This document shows positions 50,080-57,140 of a DNA stretch of 57,140 bases, in pieces. This DNA is from Macrostomum lignano (lineage: Eukaryota). The translations under genes were made by a program, and so were the position numbers. The stretch's first letter is position 1. The number at the start of each line of letters is the position of its first letter. The notes under the pieces were generated by a model. The model searched no databases. It was not told where the DNA came from and saw only the letters and a program-made list of their open reading frames with translations. The stretch lies in contig NIVC01004166.1 of the NCBI GenBank assembly GCA_002269645.1, forward strand, positions 1 to 57,140, given 5' to 3'.

Positions 50080-51959
50080 CTAAGAGAAATTCTCGCCCTC
50101 CGCCTCGCCGTCGTCTCCGTAGCCCATGATCCGGGCGAACTCCTCGTAGCTGACCTGTCCGTCACGGTCCGTGTCCGCCTCTTCAATCATGGCGTCCACC
50201 TGCAAATTGGCTATTTATTGAACGATCAAAAGATTTCTCACTGACAGCCAAAGTAAAATGACGCTACACGTTTACTCTGCGAAATTCATTAGAAAGTTGG
50301 GAAGTTTTCCCTCTTTTAGCACTTAACTGACACAAACCTCACCTTCTGAAGTTCCGCATTGCAAATCAAGCGTGTATGCGTTTGGTTCAATTTTTATTAC
50401 ACAAGTTGATGTAATTCTTTATTAGAGGCAGGGGCTGTGTGCACTTTTTAAGTGACATTGTCGCACGACCGGCGAGAGGCATTACGAGTACTGCCCTTCC
50501 GCCGACGCCCCTGAGCAGGCACACAAGTCATACGCGCAGGCACACACTCACACAGGAGTGCACAGCGGCCCTAACTTTATATTATCGTTCGGCATGTACA
50601 CTTCACTGTGCCTTGGCGGTTGGCCCTCAAGGGCGTTAATTGCACGAGCAGAGCCAAGCCGAGATTCCAATTTAGCCGCAAACTCGGTCGAGGAAAATCC
50701 AAGAACTAGCAACAAAATACATTTTCAGCCAGTCAAGCGTGTGAAAATGTAACAGGGCGCGTTTTAAGGCCTGGGCGCGAACGTAGGCAGCACCGCCAGC
50801 AGTGTCCGGGGCGCCGGCATCAGCCAGCAGGCATTCGATAAAACGACGAGTGCGCGCCTGCCCCCGCGGGTAGGGTGCCTTCAGCGTCAGCAGCAGCGCC
50901 TCCTGTACCGGCTGTGAGTAGTACGTCTCGGCTCGGATAATATGGACTGACAGCTGGAGTCGCCGACGGTGCAACAGTTCGCGTGGACGGAACAGGCCGG
51001 TGCCGCATTCGTGACTCGCTCGTAGCCGATCTTGGAGGCGGCCCGCAGAAGGCCAGCGTGCGCCACATCGATCTGCTGTTCGAGCGATTTCGTCAGTGTC
51101 CAGGTCTCGGCGTTGTACAGCAGGACGGTCTCGATCACCGCCTGGAACAACGCCGCCCTCTGGCGGTCAGGCAGGGCCTCCGACTGCAGGACAGCCCTCA
51201 CGTAGTGGAAGGCAGCACAGGTAAGTCCACGGCGACGTCGCAGAGAGAGATGCAGCCAGTAACTATAAATTCTCCAATAAGTTGCTTGCTTTCGGGTCTC
51301 TAGTTGCATTTAAAAAATAGCTTTAATAACACGTGAAAGAACTTTTTGAAAAAAAACACATGTTGACTTAATTTGCAATTCGGAAGTCCAGAAGGTGAGA
51401 TATTGTCAACAAGGTGCTAAAAACATGAAAACCGCTTTTCTCGGTAACGATTAGCAAGTGTAGCAGCCAGCGGGGTTTCACCTCCTCCTTGGTGAGCCGC
51501 TCCCCAGGTTCAGCATGACTTGGCGCAGCTCAGCGGGGCTCAGAAATCCGTCTCCGTCGGCGTCGAACAGGCGAAACGCCCGCCGCAGCTCGTCCTCGGA
51601 GTCGGCGTTGCGCATCTGCTTCTTCATCATCTCCAGGAACTCGTCGAACTCGATGCTGCCGGAGCCGTCCTGGTCAACTTCCTTGATCATCTCCTGCGTG
51701 TCGGGTGGAGATTGATTCGTTGCAGAAGACTATGCAAAAAAGAATTGATGTTTTCACCAGTAACCTTGAGCTCATCTGGCGTCGGCTGCTGACCGAGCGC
51801 CCGCATCACAACAGCCAGCTTCTTGTTGGTGATGGCGCCGTCTCCGTCCTTGTCAAATAGCGAGAATGCTTCCCGGAATTCGCCGATCTGATCTTCGGTC
51901 AGCTCGTCGCTGTTGCCACTGCCTCCGGGTCGACGAGCGCTTCCGGCAGACATCTTCAT
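50080..51959 (-). CDS. Calmodulin-like 4-EF-hand protein, exons 51765-51959, 51482-51693, 50080-50199; 175 aa after restoring one base at 51502-51505
   Basis: [59 protein letters not shown]; GT-AG phase-0 introns. Too divergent to call canonical calmodulin. Confidence 0.9.
50418..50690 (-). mobile_element. 5'-truncated copy of the 48985 SINE family
   Basis: Collinear with the SINE body and tail; tRNA head missing. Confidence 0.88.
50760..51260 (-). mobile_element. RTE-like LINE 3' fragment in calmodulin-like intron 2
   Basis: [29 protein letters not shown]...LLR pattern typical of the RTE-clade RT C-terminus; frameshifted. Confidence 0.75.
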
Positions 51960-52016
51960 CTTCCGGGTGTTGAGTACGTTCTGGGTATTCAGTTTGCAGA
52001 GTATTTAGAAACTTCA

Positions 52017-52287
52017 CTTGAATCACTCAGGAACTGAATCACTCATGAACTGAATCACTCATGAACTGAATCACTCATGAACCAAATCACTCATGAACCG
52101 AATCACTCATGAACTGAATCACTCATGAACCAAATCACTCATGAACCGAATCACTCATGAACTGAATCACTCATGAACTGAATCACTCATGAACTGAATC
52201 ACTCATGAACTGAATCACTCATGAACCGAATCACTCATGAACTGAATCACTCATGAACCAAATCACTCATGAACCGAATCACTCATG
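52017..52287. repeat. 16-bp minisatellite (TGAATCACTCATGAAC)n upstream of the calmodulin-like ATG
   Basis: About 17 copies. Confidence 0.97.
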
Positions 52288-53489
52288 CACTAACTGACTT
52301 GTTCAATAGTCACACACTCACCTTTGCAGCAACCGTCAGGAGGTGCCTATCGTCAATTCAGCCGAACTAAAGGTTGGAAAGATGTTTATCTAACTAAAAC
52401 GGCCCTATCTGCACCTTAAAATTAGCCTATAGCTGACGAGTATCTCGGATATTTGTTATTGAGCCTCAGCGAATCGCTGGTGGTTTTATTGTTCGGTTTT
52501 TTGCTATGGATTTAATAGGAAGAGGACAGGCATACGCAAATTTGTACTCATTTGCTTACAGTTTGGGATTTGTGTGAATGCCAGTCGCGCCAGGTAGAAC
52601 AAATGCCGAACCAGCAGCCGGCATTGATCAGGCTGGTAAATGTACGGACACAGTTTTATTCTCTGCAAACAGTTTCTAACCCTTCGGTTTCCGACAAAAT
52701 CTCTCTCTCTACTACACGCGTCGCGAGGGAAGAAGCGAGTCAGTCCTCTTTTGTTGACTGCACGCTTGCCGTTACTAGCACAGGCATTGGCCAGTCTGAG
52801 CAGGGCCTAAAATCAATGCTCCAGGGGGTAACGTCGAGGGTAAATTGGGAGAATGCGCTTGTAAAATGAAGGGAAGAGAGCGGTGAACTGTAGCCGGTGC
52901 TCACTCCAGAGTGGGGGGGGGCAATTCTCTAGTCCTCAAGGCGACTTGGTAGAGGAGCTGGTCTGCCTGGGAAAAAAGCCGGTGGTTATAATAGAACATA
53001 CTAGGAGGGTGCGAGAGCGAAGAGAGAGAGAGAGTCGACCAGACAATGGAAGCAAATGAGAATGTAGAATCTAAAAATTAAATCGAAAACTCAGAGCTTG
53101 ACGAGGGAGATGAGGCTGAGAGGGAGAGACAGACAGCCCGCATTGTGCCGTTGTTGTGGACCCGCGCAGCTCCTGCCACTAACTAGATAGTGAATTTGAG
53201 ATGTTGTTCTGTTCTGTTCTGTTCTGTTCTGTTGTTCTGATTTGTGTGATGCTCGGCTCAGTGCACACGGGTCGATCTGGTCACAAAACTCATAGAAACT
53301 AAAACAACAGTCTCCGATAACCTGCCTCAGTTGAATGCATACATTATTATTCTCTAGTTTGTTCTCAGTCAAATCGTGCTTCGATACTGTTAATAATTAA
53401 TTCGTAAGGACTAAACAAAAGTGGCTAGCGCAGAAGTCAGGGCTTCCACAATTGAAGACAACGCTTAGCTATAGGCTTATACGTTAGCA

Positions 53490-54944
53490 ATGAGCGCTCT
53501 GCAAGGAACAGATGGTAAGGAAGAAAAGATACCGACGATCTTTGATGCCGCGCTAGCCGACTCCACATTGGGAATTGCGTTCGCCATTGACACATCGGGC
53601 AGCATGCACGCCAAGTTCGAGCCCTTGCTGGACGAGCTTGCAGAAGCTTTTAGTCAGCTGACGCGCACTGGTCGACGCTACTTTCTGCTTCGATTCGGGG
53701 CCGGTCGGGTCGACCGATGGTGTACGATGCTGAATAGACGGCACGAAGCTGGAGTTGACGCTTGTGGTGAAGATGAACCGCATGCTAATGTGGATGCGGA
53801 TGCGGATGCGGATGCGGCAATCAGATGGCTTCGCCTATGCGGCTGTCGGGGCGATTCCCGCGGCGCTAGGGCGGCTCTATCTGCCGTTCTATCTGCCGAC
53901 GGCTGCGACGCTGCCTGCCTTGTAATGGACGGCCTTCCGGAAGGTGGTCAACAAGCCGAATTGGCTGCTTTTGTGAGCGCCAGTCGTCAGTCCAAACGCC
54001 GAATCCACTGCGTGTGTCCAGAGTTGACTGCTGTTTCAGTCCAGGCGGGCCTGACAGAGTTTTTTAACCGGCTGGCGGTCGCCACCGCTGGCTCGCTCAC
54101 CATTTCCAGAATCGGCATCAGCAGCGTTGGCAGAGACGGGCTCAACCGTGTGGGCCCGGTGCTACGCGTGTCGCACGCCTGGTCACCTGCACGCGGCGGC
54201 AGCCATAGTCTGCCGAGCCGGTATCCAGTCACTGCTGCACTGTCCGGCGATCCTTTGCTCAACGCGCAATCCTGGATCAAGTTTCAAACCTCGCGACGAT
54301 CGCGGCCACGTCCACCGTCACCATCGTTGGCACCTTCTCAAAGTGCTGCTGTCGGTACACTCATTGGACAGCGGGTCCTTGCCAGACGTCAGTCGGATGG
54401 CCAGTTTTACGAAGGCATTGTGCGCGACTGTAGCAGCTGTGATCAGGTTTGATTTCATACTTTAGCTCACATCTTGGCGTTGTAACTATGCCTCATACGT
54501 GATACCAGTGCGTCTACTATATCTATTTAGACCAACGTTTCACCGATCTATCGAGTGGAGTTCGGTCCGGTTGAGGCGCCAGATGGATTCGCCGTCTACA
54601 CTTACCGCTTCGTGCCGCTTTGCGACTTGATCTGCCTGGACGATGGACTGAGGCGGAGCATCCGGCTAGGCGACTGGGTGTTGGCTCCGGTGTCGATGAA
54701 CAAGAGAAAAACAGTCAGCGGTGCCTACCTTACGGCTAGAGTTCTGCAGTGCGACACTAAACAGCGCTCTGCGACTTCGTTAGTCATTGCTTTCGACGAT
54801 GTTGAAGCAGCTGGCGGAGTCTGTAGCGTGGCTGTCTCGGCGGACAGTGTAGTCCGCATCGACAACGATCTACATCGCCGGCTAAACATGGAGGCCGTTC
54901 TTCGACAGAGCCGCGTAAGCTTAATGACGAAGTCCGATTCGTAG
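53490..54944 (+). CDS. VWA domain + DUF4537/Tudor-like protein (VWA3B/C11orf16-like); exons 53490-54446 and 54531-(54914 or 54944)
   Basis: MIDAS-like IDTSGSM and VMDGLP; GQRVLARRQSDGQFYEG and GDWVLAP repeats; phase-0 GT-AG intron 54447-54530. 3' end uncertain because of a possible donor GTAAGC at 54915. Confidence 0.72.
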
Positions 54945-55768
54945 ACTGCAATGTAACGTTCTTCGATAGACACGTCATTCCTCACTGATTGATTCGCTGG
55001 AAAGCGTCTAAAAATGTATTTTTTCTATCATCAAATGAAGTTATTTTAAAGCATCGGTCTGATACTAGTTCATTCATGAGTGTATCTTCTCAGAAACCTG
55101 TTTGGCGAATAATTCCAAGAATTAAAAGTCGAAACTGAAATCAGTGCAAAACTTTGCAAAACAGTGTTAACACTACTAGTCAAACTGTCAACCACTTGCT
55201 GTCTCCAGTTCCTAAAATGGGCATTGTTATATTCGAAGTCTTTTCCTCCGGGACTCTCTACCGGGGCTGAACGAACGGGCATGTGAAAAAATTAACTAAT
55301 GAATCGAATCAAAAGCACGGCTTTCTAAACTGTTGATGAAAACAGTATCCTTTAAATAGTGTAGAAGTTTATAAACTTGTTTTATTTGATTGCTAAGACC
55401 AGCTTATTTGCAGTTTCTCAGAAGCGTAAAAAGCTTCAATTTTAGTACAGACTAAAAATTATTTTTTAAAGAGTAAATAATTTGAAGAGTCTTTCGTTAT
55501 AGATATCGGCTGATGTATTCATATAAATATATGAGAGCATGACTCATCGTACGAGCGTACTTTCTACGCGTAGGGCCAACACCACACCATGAAAACATCT
55601 ATAAAGCAGAAAAGTGACAAAAAGGGACAACTGTAAATCAGTTGGTACTAATAGGGAATAGATAGAAGGATGCTTGTAATGCATTTTTTAACCTTTAGGG
55701 GTGTAATTTGACACCCATCCCGCCATTTTGCCAGGATTTCAAACTATAGGAACGTTTCCAACGAGATT

Positions 55769-56128
55769 TTTTTATTAGAGGCAGGGGGGTTGTGTGCACC
55801 CTGGCGCACTTTAAGCGACATTGGCACACAACCGGCGAGAGGCATTACTGCCCATTCCGCCGACTCCCCTGAGCAGGCATACAAGCGCGCGGATACGTAC
55901 GCAGGCACACACTCACACAGGAGTGTACAGCGGCCCTAACTTTATATTATCGTTAGGCATGTACACTTCACTGCGCCTTGGGGGGTTGGCTCTCAAGGCC
56001 GTTAATTGCACGAGCAGAGCCAAGCTGAGATTCCAATTCAGCCCCAAATTAATGTGGCTGCACTTGGAATCGAGCCTGGGTCGCTGGCACACCAGAGCAG
56101 CTGCGCTACCGCTGGGCTACGGCCCCCC
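55769..56128 (-). mobile_element. Full-length young tRNA-derived SINE, same family as 48985
   Basis: Near-identical to 48985-49344; 14-bp TSD TTTCCAACGAGATT (55755-55768, 56130-56143). Confidence 0.93.
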
Positions 56129-56470
56129 TTTTCCAACGAGATTATTCTTACGCAAAATATTTTACCATAAAAATTGAAGCACTCGTATTACTGTATGAAA
56201 TTTTACTGAAGAAGGTTATAAAACTACCGCTTTCCCGTCTAATTTTTCTAGATTTTACACCTGCATCAGGACACGCACATCCTTGATCAGGGTACCCAGC
56301 CATTCTCATCATCAGGGATAGTCAGGTTGCTCAAACGGTGCCTAGCATTCAAATAGTCTTGGCGTTAACTACAAACGAGGAAAATAAATCGAAAACAAGC
56401 AATGCTATGGCGGGAAAATGAGACAGCAGCGAATAAAATTTCTCAGTCACAAGCGAAGCTTGATTAGTTT

Positions 56471-56718
56471 TCACTTGCCCTCCATCAGCTGGACCTTCTT
56501 CAACAGCAGTAGGCTTCTGTCGCAGTCGGCAGCTCAGCGAAGGCCGCGTCCTTGTCTAGATCGGCCAGCGGCATTCTGGCGAACAGCGGCGTGGCGCAGT
56601 CCTCCATCTGGCGGCTGGTGTGCCGTCTGGCCAGCAGGAAGCCGCGCACTGGCGACATCCGGCCGGCGCGCATCCCGGCAACCAGGACGCGCTCAGCCGT
56701 GGCCTTGAGGTTCGGCAC
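56471..56718 (-). CDS. Probable last exon of a BTB/POZ (SPOP-like BACK helix) protein, with one 1-nt deletion near 56527
   Basis: Acceptor ACAACAG, then VPNLKATAERVL...GFLLARRH...MEDCA resembling the post-BTB L..LK..CE..L...A..H pattern. Adding one base gives an 82-aa exon ending LLLLKKVQLMEGK*. Confidence 0.5.
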
Positions 56719-57140
56719 CTGTTGTCGGTCGGCAATACACGAACGCGTTTGAGCTTATTTATTCTCTGAGTCACCCACAGTTAATTCAGAAATGACTGCT
56801 TAAACGGTAGGTTTTATAAGACTTTGCCACCGAGTCGTCTTCAACATGAAGGCATCTGCTCATTAGGGAGTCTTGAGTAAAAACATTGTTCTTACAAGTA
56901 TATGGTTGTCTCTCTCCGATCCGTACCTAAGAACACCTCAAGGCATGAACTAATATTTGTAAATGCGGTTCTGGCCACTGTCAGAGTCGACTCGGAGAGC
57001 CATTTTATAATAATTCATCATTCCAACATTATTCTGCAAACCGAACAGCTTGTACAGTGCTAACTCTGCGGAATCTCAACTTGAAACCTCGGTGTTGCTA
57101 ACACTGTCCCATCAGATGAACTGGAGCTGACCTTAACTGA

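Noticed and set aside
45408-56128. Functional tRNA genes at the box A/box B sites
   Set aside because: Acceptor stems do not pair and the heads run into SINE bodies with tails and TSDs.

Overview
Intron-containing, repeat-rich animal genomic DNA (GT-AG introns, (CCCTAA)n tract, SINEs, LINEs, many minisatellites). The style resembles a free-living flatworm such as Macrostomum, but that is inference only. Host genes assembled by hand from splice phases: an NDR/STK38 kinase (-), a BNIP3/NIX-like mitophagy receptor (-, five small exons, not visible as a unit in the ORF track), a 4-exon orphan gene (+), a calmodulin-like gene (-), a VWA + DUF4537-like gene (+) and the last exon of a probable BTB protein (-). 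The centrepiece is a three-level nest inside the 14.7-kb last BNIP3 intron. A 31-bp satellite is interrupted by a Chapaev-type DNA transposon (CAC...GTG 122-bp TIRs, 4-bp TSD, RAG1-like zinc finger). Its transposase is in turn split by a full-length Loa/I-group LINE (15-bp TSD) and rejoins in frame to 686 aa when the LINE is removed. The LINE 5' end folds into a complete HDV-like self-cleaving ribozyme with a long J1/2 insert. Its 3' end shares a double-hairpin + CCCTGC-NN-CTAA module with a young tRNA-derived SINE family in the same window, suggesting a ribozyme-LINE/SINE partnership. Several genes carry isolated 1-nt deletions, mostly in short runs, probably consensus errors. All long ORFs over tandem repeats are treated as spurious.
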